A stretch of DNA of 63,588 bases, counting the filler, from Octopus bimaculoides (Eukaryota): assembly GCF_001194135.2 (NCBI RefSeq). It is 3 parts of 3 records of this genome, joined end to end, with 100 filler letters (N's around TTAATTAATTAA, not from the genome) between each part and the next. Parts side by side here need not be neighbours in the genome. Positions count along the whole stretch, not along the records: positions 30,833 to 54,043 come from NC_068989.1; 2 more parts are not named here. One strand, 5' to 3'. A program made the translations under genes and the position numbers. Under the pieces are notes generated by a model. That model saw only the letters and a list, made by a program, of their open reading frames with translations. It was not told where the DNA came from and did not search any database. Position 1 is the stretch's first letter. Every line of letters begins with the position of its first letter. Below are positions 37,580 to 51,572 of this stretch, piece by piece.

Positions 37580-38465
37580 NNNNNNNNNNNNNNNNNNNNN
37601 NNNNNNNNNNNNNNNNNNNNNNNNNNNNNNNNNNNNNNNNNNNNNNNNNNNNNNNNNNNNNNNNNNNNNNNNNNNNNNNNNNNNNNNNNNNNNNNNNNNN
37701 NNNNNNNNNNNNNNNNNNNNNNNNNNNNNNNNNNNNNNNNNNNNNNNNNNNNNNNNNNNNNNNNNNNNNNNNNNNNNNNNNNNNNNNNNNNNNNNNNNNN
37801 NNNNNNNNNNNNNNNNNNNNNNNNNNNNNNNNNNNNNNNNNNNNNNNNNNNNNNNNNNNNNNNNNNNNNNNNNNNNNNNNNNNNNNNNNNNNNNNNNNNN
37901 NNNNNNNNNNNNNNNNNNNNNNNNNNNNNNNNNNNNNNNNNNNNNNNNNNNNNNNNNNNNNNNNNNNNNNNNNNNNNNNNNNNNNNNNNNNNNNNNNNNN
38001 NNNNNNNNNNNNNNNNNNNNNNNNNNNNNNNNNNNNNNNNNNNNNNNNNNNNNNNNNNNNNNNNNNNNNNNNNNNNNNNNNNNNNNNNNNNNNNNNNNNN
38101 NNNNNNNNNNNNNNNNNNNNNNNNNNNNNNNNNNNNNNNNNNNNNNNNNNNNNNNNNNNNNNNNNNNNNNNNNNNNNNNNNNNNNNNNNNNNNNNNNNNN
38201 NNNNNNNNNNNNNNNNNNNNNNNNNNNNNNNNNNNNNNNNNNNNNNNNNNNNNNNNNNNNNNNNNNNNNNNNNNNNNNNNNNNNNNNNNNNNNNNNNNNN
38301 NNNNNNNNNNNNNNNNNNNNNNNNNNNNNNNNNNNNNNNNNNNNNNNNNNNNNNNNNNNNNNNNNNNNNNNNNNNNNNNNNNNNNNNNNNNNNNNNNNNN
38401 NNNNNNNNNNNNNNNNNNNNNNNNNNNNNNNNNTGTGTGTGTGTGTGTCTGTGTGTGTGTATATG

Positions 38466-38496
<31 letters not shown>

Positions 38497-38949
38497 GTAT
38501 ATATATATGTATATTTATATATTTATATGTATATATATATATGTATATGTATATGTATATATATATATGTATATATATATATATGTATATATATACATAC
38601 GTACATGTAATGGAAATTATAGTCTAACATTGCGTGATGTGCACGTGTTCATGGCATTAGAAATACCTAAGAACCAACAAAATCTACAGTACCACGTCAA
38701 CGATCGCAACAAGAATATTGGTGTTATGACCAACAAAGGAACACAATAACAAGCATAAAACCTAATATAAAACAAAGATGAAAGTAATAAGTGAAATAGT
38801 AGTGTGTACTGTGTACTGCCGTGACTATTCAGTGGTGAGGATGAAAGCAATGTTCACAACATTGTGTGGTATTTACAGTTTATGAAGCATTGAGATAGAT
38901 TGGTAGATAGGTAGGTAGGTAGGTAGATAGATAGATAGTTATATGGGGG

Positions 38950-39870
<921 letters not shown>

Positions 39871-40516
39871 GAATTGCTCTTCTCCCTTTACCTCTCTCTT
39901 GAGAAGGGAGGAGTTAGATGACAAAAATGAGAGGATATTCCAGAGAGTGGAAGAGAAGAAAGAAGAGATAAATACTGGGAATAAGATGGAAAGACAAAGA
40001 GGACAGGACAGAGCTAGAGAGAGAGAGAGATAGAAAGTATGAGACAGAGTGAGAAAGAGAGAATGGGAAAGTGAGGTAGCATTTCAGATCTGCTCCGTAT
40101 GCTGCTTCACTTGAGAAGGTGTAACTAGTTTTCACTTACAATCTGCATATTCCTAATGTCTGACGTACATGTTATGTGACATAGCAGATTATGGGTGAGG
40201 GAAAAAAATGTCATAAAATTAACGTATTACTAGATTCTTGCACTAACGTCTCTAATGTCTACATTTGTTCAGAAAACGTTTTATCGTCACTGTTTGATGA
40301 TGAATCATTTCATACTATTTCATCTATTCGGAATGACGAAATGATCATTCATATATATATATATATACGTACATTAATTATACTTCTGCATGAAGCCTAG
40401 TGAGAGGGACTTCGTAGGTTCGGATTGCAGGCCTTTGTCGGGCTGTCTGACGATGTCCAAAAGGATGAAAACTTATATAAATATACATATGCATATATAC
40501 ATACGCATACACGCAC

Positions 40517-40592
<76 letters not shown>

Positions 40593-40599
40593 GTCTGTC

Positions 40600-42020
40600 T
40601 GCCTATCTTCGGAAGAGTCTAGACCTCAAAGTAAGAGCAATTTTCTTTGACCCGGAGGGTAGGCTGGTCGTCTTGGATGTAGATGGCTGCAATGGGTGTG
40701 CTTTTCGACTGATAACCCTTTATGCACCGTCCTTAACAGGCCGGCAAGATTTCTTTCGACGTCTAGAGGTTTTTCTGGAAACGTCTCGACCTTTACTTTT
40801 TGTGGGGGATTGGAATGCTACCCTGGACATGCATCTAGACTACGTGGGAAAAGATAGTAATAGGAGGGGATGCAAATACCTCAAAGACCTGCTTAGACGT
40901 TTCTAACTGTCTGACAGGTACCGTCTAGATCACCCGAATGTGCCAACATAATCATGGGGCAACCGCATCGGGTCGTCCAGATCGTATTTAGATAGAGTAT
41001 TCTGTAGGACAGTGGATAAGGATAGTGTAGGTTGACCACAATTCTACATAGTCAGCTACACAGACCACAAATTTGTCACTTGTACGCTTGACTTAGATAA
41101 GACACATAGACAGGGTCCCGGTTACTGGAAGCTGAACGCGTCGTTCACGGCACGCCAGGCTTACAGAGACCGGGTTAGCACGTTAGTTAAGAGACCATTG
41201 ACGGGTGCCATCATGAACAACAAATGGTGGTATGCCCTAAACAAAGCTATCAAAGCAGAATCGGTTAGGTACAGTAAGGCCCTAGCATTAGACCGAAATA
41301 GAATAGAGGGAGACCTAGATAAAAAATTAGAAGAGACACTTAGAACTGGCACCGCGTCCAACGTACTGGCGGCGAGGTTAGCCCTCGACCAACACTTCAA
41401 CGCCAAACACGAAGGATGCGTTGTCAGAGCTAGGATGCGTGCTCTGGGTAACGAAGGAGTTGCAGCCCCCTGAGAGGCCCGAATGGCGGAGGCGCGACGA
41501 GGCAACAGAGCCACTATTAGGTCCCTGACAGATAAAAAGGGACGCGAAATACTCGAGCCTGAAAGGATGTGTGAGGCTTTTCAACGATACTTTGCCTGTC
41601 TTTTCGGGACAACTAGTGGGTCAGAATGCAGACTGGACTTTAGTGCCTACCAGCATGGCCTGTCACGACTCCCATCAAGAGAGGTGTAGTGTTGTGAAAG
41701 ACCCATCACAGCCGCAGGCATATGGGATGCGATGGCAGGCTGCAAGGGAGACAAGTCACCAGGCTTGGATGGTCTGCTCTACGAACTTTATTGTCATATG
41801 CCAGACTTGTTTGGAGGCGTGTTGGCAGCTGTCTACTGCAACTGGCAGCAAAACGGGAGTATGCTGTCTTTGTAAAGCGAGGAGCGGTGGCACTGCTAAA
41901 GAAAGATTGAAACAAGGGGAACGTCATAGATAACTTCAGGCCCACCATTCTGCTCAACACAGAGTTGAAAATTTTGGCCAAGGCGTTAGCCGAGAGGTTG
42001 GCGTTTGTCATCGAGAAACT
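40600..42020 (+). mobile_element. Second L1/Tx1-clade LINE fragment (degenerate)
   Basis: DPEGRLVVLD, LYAP, VGDWN, SYLDR, TDHK, GPGYWKLN, NNKWW, GLDGL and NFRPTILLNTELKILAK, with several stops and frameshifts. Confidence 0.9.
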
Positions 42021-42119
42021 TTGTTTATCTTAATTTTGAAAAATAAAAGAAGTATAAAACAACGCATTATTTATGGGATGACCCAATATATATATATACA
42101 CACATATATATATATGTAC

Positions 42120-42194
<75 letters not shown>

Positions 42195-42199
<5 letters not shown>

Positions 42200-42265
42200 C
42201 TTTGTGTCTGTATTTGTCCCTCCGCCACCGCTTGACAACTGATGCTGGTGTGTTTATGTCGCACG
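42195..42265 (+). mobile_element. SINE family A tail fragment
   Basis: gtatttgtccctccgccaccgcttgacaactgatgctggtgtgtttatgtc. Confidence 0.7.
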
Positions 42266-42859
42266 TACACACACACACACACACATGCACCCCCCACACA
42301 CATTATAAGCAATATAAAAATAATTGATTTGTTTCCCTCTGGCTAGTATTCTCAAGAATGTATAGTGACAGTCAAGAAAAATCGTTCTACAATTATTTTA
42401 ACATTTGAATCCCAGATAACCTTGGTCATAAGCAAATCTCCGCAACGTCTATCAAAACAGCATTAGATATAAATGATAAGTAAACAAAAAAAAATATATA
42501 TATATATTTATACGGAATGTTTGTTTACATATATTAATTGGATTTGAAACTTCATTACTAGTGGACAAATTACACAGTTTTGCTATGAGAGTGATTTTAG
42601 GTGGTTATTTGGTTAGTGTTTATCTAGAATCAAATAAACTCATTCTAGATGTGAACGTTCATTTTTAAACAAGTTAATGAATTAAAAGAGAGTCGTGACG
42701 AACCCTATGGATTTTGTAGACTTAAGTGTGATTGATGATGTTGATGTGATTGATGATTAATATATCTGTAACGAAAACGAAGGCGAGGTGATAACTTGGG
42801 GATGTGACCAAATGCTTTTATTAAATTTGAAGTTTACTATTACTACCCTCTGTCTAAAA

Positions 42860-43203
42860 CAGGTTCTCAACCATTTTATGGGCACTCTTTGATTATTATT
42901 TTAGTTTGGTGGACCCCATAGCCATTCGATGTTTAACAACTAGTGTCATTGATAGCTCTTTCAAAATTCCCATTGTTTTTCATACATGAACTTGTGTTAG
43001 TTGAATTATGTAAAATCTTACAGAAGGTAACTAACTCTATCTCTTTCTTGCTATATATACCAATACATATATCTGAAGCAAATTTTTTTCAGGAGCCCTT
43101 AAAATACCATCATGGGTCCCAAATTTTCTATTTTGTTACGTGGACCCCGATAAATCTTACTTGGACCATCAGGGGCCGTATGGACCCGGCTTGAGAATCA
43201 CTG
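42860..43203. mobile_element. Non-autonomous hAT (Charlie-like) element
   Basis: Termini caggttctcaac / ttgagaatcactg; 8-bp TSD gtctaaaa (42852-59) / gcctaaaa (43204-11); repeated tggaccc subterminal motifs. Confidence 0.85.
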
Positions 43204-44722
43204 GCCTAAAAGATGATATTAGACCGCGCAACAGGTTATCCTCGACTTCTTTACATTTCTGTATCTACCCGAAATAAATGAGTTATGGGAAACTACCCCG
43301 TACTGCCAGTAACGTAAAGTGATCACCCACATTTTATTGAGATAATAGTAAATTGTTCTCCTGAGGATATAAACAATCATTTATTGATTATTAAAAACCG
43401 GAATTGCATTGAAAAAAATTAAGAAAAATATTATAGTTTTAAAAAAGTTTGCCGGTGGGAAATTTAAACAAATTAGAGATAAATTTATTTCTAAAATCAT
43501 ATTTTTATGTAACTAAAAGCTGATGCAATCATTGCTTCATTATTATGATATTACCGACTATGTTTAACGAGATATTATTGAAAACTAATGCTAGTCTCTT
43601 CTTTTTATTTTGTTTGTTTATTTTTACAAAATTGTGTTAATTGAATCAATATTGGAGGCCAACGTCTAATCATCGTTAAAGTTCTTTATTTTGCTGTTTC
43701 GAGAAACTTTCCGGAAATTGATTTAAATTATTAGCTGTGCATCGTACAACAGAATAAGTTAGATATTGCCTTTCATTAAGATGAAAGTGTTCTGTTTGAA
43801 TGATTAAATCGATAACAAAATTAGTAAGATAGAGCTTGGCAATATCTCAGAAATGAAAATCATAAATACTGTCTGTAAAACTCTACCGAAAATGCGAACG
43901 GAATGGTTAGGTGGTGTTCTCAAATGACTCAGCCTTAATGGAGTAACTTCGATTGCTTCCAATGGAAATAGGTTTCGTCACTGACGCAATTTTTATTGCA
44001 TGCTATGCAAAAGATATCAACAATGGGGATTCTTTGTCTATGCTTGGTTGACTTAAAAGCTATCTATGACAATTACACTATAGAGTTGTATTCATTCTGT
44101 GTATAAAAGTAAATTGAGAGAATGATCAAAACAACGGTATCTAATTAATGCACAGTGAGTGGGTGTCCATAATCTGCCATCACAAGTCAACTGACCCGTT
44201 TCTCGCCTGTAATGGATAACACCAGAGGGAATCTCAAACAAGTAAATATATACATTGAATTAGCAGAAACGGTTGAGAATTCCACGAAATTTATATAAAA
44301 CACTTAGCGTTTTTTCCCTATGTTCGCAGATAAAATCCTTCCTTTCACCATTTTGGAGCCAATAAAATAAGATGCTGTAATGTAGTGAGATATATTAAAT
44401 CGGCAATAATCCTCTTTAGTGCCAATTCATAGGAAACCAATATTTACACTTCAACATTTAGTTGCAATTTGGGAAACCTTGTTAAGAAATAAATCACTTA
44501 CATAGTATTATTACATTCAATTATGGGCTTACATTAATTTGCGAAGCTAACTTGAGATACTTTATTACAGAAATCCATTTCATTCATCTAAAAAGTAAAT
44601 GGACAGAGTTGATTATTACACGATTCGAAATCGGATGCTGCAGAATGCGAACTAATATTTTAGCATATTTATCTCAATGTAATAGAGAATTTTAGTCTCC
44701 ACCATTAAAAAATTCGATACAA

Positions 44723-44920
44723 GTACAACATCGACTTCATGGCACCGTTAATCTGGAACGTTTTAATAATACCTAGTAATTTACTCTAAAGTACAGGTAC
44801 ATTCCATTTAATAATTTGCTTAATGTAGAGTTATTGGCGAAAGTAACCAACTCTCGCTCGAAAACATCTGTAATCCAAGAAACTTTGGAACCAACGGTTT
44901 CGTAAAAATCGATGTTGTAC
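44723..44920. mobile_element. Possible ~200-bp MITE
   Basis: Perfect 12-bp inverted ends gtacaacatcga / tcgatgttgtac, extending imperfectly to accgtt / aacggt. The TSD is unclear. Confidence 0.4.
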
Positions 44921-45436
44921 CTATACTACATACAATTGGAATTGAATAAGTACCGTTTGGATTTGAATTGTTTTAAGATTTGAAGTCACTGTGGAAAATC
45001 TGACACCGAATACTGTGCCTCTGACATTTGATAGAGAAATTTCCATTTCATTCTGAATTTGGGTCAACATGGAAAAAATCTGCGGCACTGGAACAAAGAA
45101 AATGTCATCAGTTGCTTAAACCAATATGTAGCTTAAAAGACTTTTTGTCAGAAATAACGGGGAAAATTTGTTAATACATGTAGGAAATTTTTCAACCATA
45201 GGTACAAAACTACATTAGTTTTTAGACGGTAGGTGTTGTCTATTAAGTTAAACCTAGCACTAAAATTCACATTGTTTTACTGAAGCCAAATCAAAAGCAA
45301 ATCTTATTTCGTAGAGCAAAATAATTTTACCCCTCAGTGTACCAATCATACCTATCACATCATCGCCCTGACATGTACTGAATGATATTTCTGCCTTTCA
45401 GCATGTTATAAGCTGAATACTGTTACTGTAAGTATA

Positions 45437-46331
45437 TGAGAACTGATCAATAAGTACACGGATTCTGGCCATAGGAACAAAGCTAAAACACGCAGAGTGA
45501 AGCCGCTTCGCAAAGATTAACCTTGAACTCTGCTGTGCATGCGCCCTAAGATTTAATGTTCTAGCTCACTTCTGCTGTTTACAGCAGCGCTTGGAGAGAA
45601 CGTGTGCAGCTTGTGATCGTCGCATTGACCATGACAGAGAAAGCTGTCATGGCAATACCTGCTAAGAGACCCGCGCAAAATTTCAGGAAGTGTATGGAGA
45701 GGAGTGAATGAGCCGCACACAAGTGTACGAATGGTTCAGACGTTTCCAAGATGGCCGAAAAAATTTCGATATTAATGAATATTCAGAGACACCTGCAAGC
45801 AGCGGAACTGAGAAAAACATCGCAGATGTCCTTGCAACTGTGAGGGGAAATCGTCGAATCACCAACCGTGAATTATTAGAGGATGCGCAGATTAGTTACG
45901 GTTCAGTTCAGTCCATTATCACCGAATATTTGTGTATTAGACGCGGGTGTGCCAAGTTTGTGCCTAAACTACTTTCAGCTGACAAAAAAGAAACTCGGGT
46001 CTCCGTTGCACAAAAGCTCCTTGATTGTGTCGAGAACGATGAAAACCTTTTAAAAACTTTATCATAGGTCTCCGAGCAGGTATCGTCAAGCTTTTGGAAA
46101 ATTTGATGCAGATTCTCTGCTCAACCTTCTCTGTCATTGTCAATGCGACGATCACACACTACACATCTTCCTTCCAAGCACTGCTGTAAGCAGCGGAAGT
46201 GAGCTAGAACACTAAATCTTAGTGTGCATACACAACAGAGTTTAAGGTCAATCTGTGACAAGTGGTTTTACTCTGCGTGCTTTAGCGTTGTTACTATGAC
46301 AACATTTCGGATACTTATTCATCAGACCACG
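45437..46331. mobile_element. Non-autonomous mariner with two 5' ends (long inverted arms)
   Basis: 45437-45650 and ~46115-46331 are inverted homologues that include the ATG region (MTEK). The centre encodes transposase HTH/linker VYEWFRRF..CAKFVPKLL. TA is present on both flanks. Confidence 0.85.
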
Positions 46332-47890
46332 TACGGTAAAGATGGCTTTAAACTCCTTGCAATGTAACAAATCACTCGTTTTTTTTTTATAGATTCCATT
46401 CACTGTGTTGTGGTTCTCCATGGAACATATCTAAAGTGAGGTGGGATGCCCAACTGAACGTCGTGTAAAATTGCAAAGAAGACAGTCAAGTTTCAGTTAA
46501 ACGTTCGAACGGCATCCGGAATCCTAATTATTTGGGAAGATATGACTTTCAGTCCTGACACATATAACCTGTTAAAAGTGAAGAGAAAATGAAATTACGT
46601 CAAGTTTAATGAATTGATAAATTTTTGCAAAATCATTGCATTAATGATCGATTATAATATTTACTTTTGTGGAAAGTTTTTCCCAATTAAAAACAAAACC
46701 AAAATTTATGTTCTTTGAAACACAAGGATCTCTTTCCTCACACACACCAATTTTGGAGTTTCGCATTTTCAATCAAGATTTGAATCGATTAAATTCTACC
46801 TTTCACCTTAAAACTATTAACCTGCGAAACATTTCATGTCGCTATACTAATTACAAATTTAATCTTCATGCTTGGAATTACTCTCGCAAATATTCCAATG
46901 TTTGTCATGCCAATGAAACTACAGCCGTACAGCACTGAATAATGGTTGTAGCTAACCTTTTGGAACGATGTTCAAGCATAGAATATCACCAGCGCTATTA
47001 TAATGATCGTTCCATTCGAGATAAATTATATTCAACATTATGTTACTGGAACAGCACTAAGAGGAGCCAAATGAGGACATTGCCAGACTTAATGACTTCC
47101 GGAATTTAGTCACGTTTATTAATCTTCTTAGTTCGAATCAAGGCGGATTATAATCTGTGTTTGATCTCTATCTTATATACTAAGCGTAAAAATCTTGTTG
47201 TATCTGCTTTCTACGCTGCATGGGTTTGGTATACTCCGATAAGATGGTGACCTTTTGCTTACACGATATGAAATCGGATGCTGCAAAATGGAAACTACTA
47301 TTTTTGCATATTTATTTCCATGTAATAGAGGGTTTTATCATGGAAGTCTACAGTAACCAATCTAATTCATGTAGTTCCTCCCTGTTGTTAATGGCTGGTC
47401 TCAATTTCTGCTGCATTACGAAATGTGCACTTACCCATGTACATGCACAAATCATGTGTTGCAGCAGCTGTAATACATTGAACTAGATACATTAGATATT
47501 ACCTTCAGACCAACGGTGGGATAAGATACAAAGTAGAAACGGATTAGCAGCATTTGATTTCGATTCTGAGATTGCCCTTTTTGTGTTTAGGGGCCCTGAT
47601 GGACACCTGAAAATTCTGGGTCTGGAAATTCTTCATGTGTTTTTTTTTATTGAAGCCTCTGTATGCATATGTTCATTTATTCGAACGTCCGATTTCCTAA
47701 TGGTGCGATCTCCGAACCATGGAGGCCCTCCTTATAAACAGCCATTAACAACAGAAAGGAACTACATGAAGCTATTTATATTAATCTTTAGTATACGCAT
47801 TGACATTTCGCTAAATGAGCCCTAAATTTTTATAGTAAAAATATATATACTGGTAGACGAAATTTACCAAACCATCGACCGTTTGAGCAG

Positions 47891-47941
47891 TCACTACCGA
47901 TGAAGCCTACGGAATATGTGAAACTAGGCCTAGTCTAGTGA
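47891..47941 (+). ncRNA. Type I hammerhead fold (best-formed copy; U4C)
   Basis: TCACTA CCGATGA A GCCTA cggaa TATGT GAA ACTAGGCCTAGT C TAGTGA gives a perfect 6-bp stem I, 12-nt palindromic stem III and a GUC site. Stem II is weakened. Confidence 0.7.
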
Positions 47942-48193
47942 ATCTAGGGACGGTAATTGGGCGGTTAACTTCCCTGAAGGTGTATATATATATATATATA
48001 TTGTGCTCTTCTTACAGTATTAAGAGTTTTAACTCTTATTTCTAGCAATAAGTGTCTGTGTGTAATTTATACTTGCTAGTGGGTGGATATAAAAATGCGT
48101 AGATGCCAGTATGTTTGTATATCAAGGAATGCGTTCGAGTAATATTTTGCAAAGCACATTGAAACATGCCTTTCTTTAATAAGTTTTATATAC

Positions 48194-49081
48194 AGAGTGC
48201 CATGGGTAAACTGTCACCATTTTATACTTTTAATTTCGCGCATGCACATTGTTTGTTTTTGATCTTGTCGACTACACATCATAGTAGGGTCAGATGGACA
48301 CCGTCTGTGAGAAAAAAAAAAAAACAGTACCATGACACATTTCACTCTGCCAGAGATTTTTAAAGGATATGCTGTACTACTTGGCATTCGCGCCGAAAGC
48401 TCCAATACGAGCATTTCAGAGTGTTTGGGTGTCAATCTGAGGAAAATGCAATTTGAGGACACGTATCGAGAGTGATGAAGATCAAACATCTAGGCAGCAT
48501 CATGGTGTTTGGAGTGATCACTAGTGATAGTGGCGTTATGCTTCCATTCATCTTCCCACACGGCCTCAGACTCAATACGGAGGCCTGCATCAAGTGTCTG
48601 AATGAGGTAGTGCTGCCCTGGGTCAAGATGATGGCTGCTGGAAGACCTTATGTCTGGCAACAGGATTTTGCACCTTGTTATACAAGCAGGAGTACGTAGT
48701 CAGGGCTGTCAGACAATTTCTGAGACCACATCACACCTAATATCTGGCCACCGAACCCCCCAGCCTGCAACCCCTTTGATTATTATGTGTGTGTGGCACA
48801 GTTGAATGAAAGACCAACAAAGCTGTTTGTGACACCAAACTAGGCAAGGATTATGGCAGCGTTCACTATCTTAAGCAAGCAGACCGGCCAGAAGATTTGC
48901 AGGAGATTCCGAAGCTGTCTGGAGGCCGTGGTTGAAACCAATGTCGATTTTATTGAATAAATTTAGTGTTTAGTATTTCAAGATGTTTTTATGTAATTTT
49001 GGGAAATATCTGTTAAAATGAGATGTCAATGTAATTTTCATTTTTGCGGAATTTAGACCACAATATATTCACCGCACCCTG
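48194..49081 (+). mobile_element. Internally deleted maT (DD37D) element with both ends
   Basis: TA-cagagtgc ... gcaccctg-TA. VWQQD is followed by exactly 37 residues before D in NPFDYY (manual count, including two stop codons). Confidence 0.88.
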
Positions 49082-49165
49082 TATATAGGCATGTATGAGC
49101 GTATCTGTCTATTTTTGCATCTATTTCATTCTGTGTATCTGTATCTCCTTCATTCTATCTATCAT

Positions 49166-49224
<59 letters not shown>

Positions 49225-49300
49225 GTTTAATAAATAAACGCACGCATATGCAGGTAGTATATATGTGTGCATGAATACATTAATGTATGTAAGTGTACAT

Positions 49301-49341
<41 letters not shown>

Positions 49342-50129
49342 CATACATACACATATATATATATATATATTATATTATATTATATATATATGACAGTTGA
49401 GCAATTCACCTATTAAAGTAAAACGGGAAATATCACATGGGAAAAGGACATAATAGATAATTATGCGAAAATAATGAAACTTAGGAAAGAAAAAATATAA
49501 TACATAATGCAAAAATTATTGATACAACCGAAAAAGAATTCTACTTAAATATATCNNNNNNNNNNNNNNNNNNNNNNNNNNNNNNNNNNNNNNNNNNNNN
49601 NNNNNNNNNNNNNNNNNNNNNNNNNNNNNNNNNNNNNNNNNNNNNNNNNNNNNNNNNNNNNNNNNNNNNNNNNNNNNNNNNNNNNNNNNNNNNNNNNNNN
49701 NNNNNNNNNNNNNNNNNNNNNNNNNNNNNNNNNNNNNNNNNNNNNNNNNNNNNNNNNNNNNNNNNNNNNNNNNNNNNNNNNNNNNNNNNNNNNNNNNNNN
49801 NNNNNNNNNNNNNNNNNNNNNNNNNNNNNNNNNNNNNNNNNNNNNNNNNNNNNNNNNNNNNNNNNNNNNNNNNNNNNNNNNNNNNNNNNNNNNNNNNNNN
49901 NNNNNNNNNNNNNNNNNNNNNNNNNNNNNNNNNNNNNNNNNNNNNNNNNNNNNNNNNNNNNNNNNNNNNNNNNNNNNNNNNGTTAAGTGTCCTTCAATTA
50001 GTAATAAAATAGAAGGAGATTATGATTTAGCCAGAGCTGAAATGTCTTGGAGAAAATACAGGCCTTGGTTCTTATGGAATTACAGCTTCGGTGTTAAAAA
50101 AAAATTGTCCTTTAGATTTGGAGATCGCC

Positions 50130-50151
50130 GTGATCACCATCATCATCATCG

Positions 50152-50195
<44 letters not shown>

Positions 50196-50285
50196 GTCGT
50201 CGTCATCATCATCGTCATCATCGTCATCATNNNNNNNNNNTCATCATAATCGTCATCGTCATCATCATCATCATCATCATCATCA
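50130..50285. repeat. (CAT)n/(CGT)n microsatellite
   Basis: Directly visible; it explains the poly-His ORF. Confidence 0.95.
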
Positions 50286-50536
50286 ACATTTTATATAAAT
50301 TTTTGGCCTCTTTTTTGTTTTGTAAAGTTTCGAAGTTGGTTTAATGAAATATAGACTGTCTGTTAAAGATCACTGCGCATGTGTGAGGTGTCTGAGGAAA
50401 TAAAAAAAAATAGAAATAACAAAAAAAAAACGTAAATTGTATTAACGATTGAGATCTATTGTTCTGTAGAACAACGAGAAGACTCATTATTTTTTTTCAC
50501 TTCTTAAGTGTCAGGGAAGAGAAATCGAAGGGGCGG

Positions 50537-50579
<43 letters not shown>

Positions 50580-50668
50580 GATGCTGTTGCTGATGCTACT
50601 GCTGCTGCTGCCACCGCCACTACTACTACTGCTACTACTACTACTACTACTACTACTACTAGTAGTAA

Positions 50669-50718
<50 letters not shown>
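50537..50718. repeat. (ACT)n/(GCT)n followed by (AGT)n; self-complementary
   Basis: The repeat flips strand at actagt, near 50660. Confidence 0.9.
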
Positions 50719-50719
<1 letters not shown>

Positions 50720-51027
50720 ATATGGCGATTCTAGTAATTTGTGGCATCAATGGTTAAAATGGTGAACGTTAAGTACTTCAGCATTTCGCGTCGCTCCGTC
50801 TCTTTTATTTCCTTAACCTTAAACTATCCCCAGTGCGATTTTCGTTTGATCTTTCCGAGGTCGATTAAAATAGAGAATTGGTCACGTACCGAGATCATTA
50901 TAATCAACAGTACCCTCGCCGCCAAACCTCTAGCCTCTACAATTTAACGCAGAATTTATATCTGTTTAAGATCATCGAGTTCTGTAGCGCCAGAGAAGAA
51001 ATTGTATTAACGATTACGATCTGTTAT

Positions 51028-51059
<32 letters not shown>

Positions 51060-51094
51060 CCTTCATATCTTCCCCCTCTCTTTGAATACATACG

Positions 51095-51145
<51 letters not shown>

Positions 51146-51531
51146 TTGACAGACACAAATAGATGTAAATTATTATCCTTATCTTTATCACCTTTTGTGT
51201 TCTAATTCGTCCTTTGATGTTGTCCTCAATGTCTTCGACCCTTGTGGCCAATAAAAGAAATTATCATCATCATCATCATCATCATCATCGTTGTTGTCGT
51301 CGTCGTCGTCGTCGTTGTCATCATCATCATCATCATTAGTGTTTATGGCTTCCTTTCATTGTAACTTTATTTGAGTTGCCTTGGTACTGGACATCCTCCG
51401 GAGGCCAATAGTAGAAAGGGCACTTTTGTTTTGCTATGCATGCTAAAATTTTCACCGCATTTATTCCATTTTAGACGGATAGTGCTTTCCGTAGTATATG
51501 GGCTGTAGCCATCAAGGTTATCGTTTGTAGT

Positions 51532-51539
<8 letters not shown>

Positions 51540-51572
<33 letters not shown>

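Noticed and set aside
43920-43992. TGACTCA and TGACGCAA motifs suggesting a promoter
   Set aside because: These short motifs are expected by chance in 63 kb, and no gene or TSS is evident.
47583-47826. Possible element bounded by tttaggg(g)c / gccctaaa
   Set aside because: The inverted match is only about 8 bp and there is no TSD.
50042-50765. Poly-His and poly-Thr/Ser ORFs
   Set aside because: They are trinucleotide repeats interrupted by a gap, with no splice or domain support.
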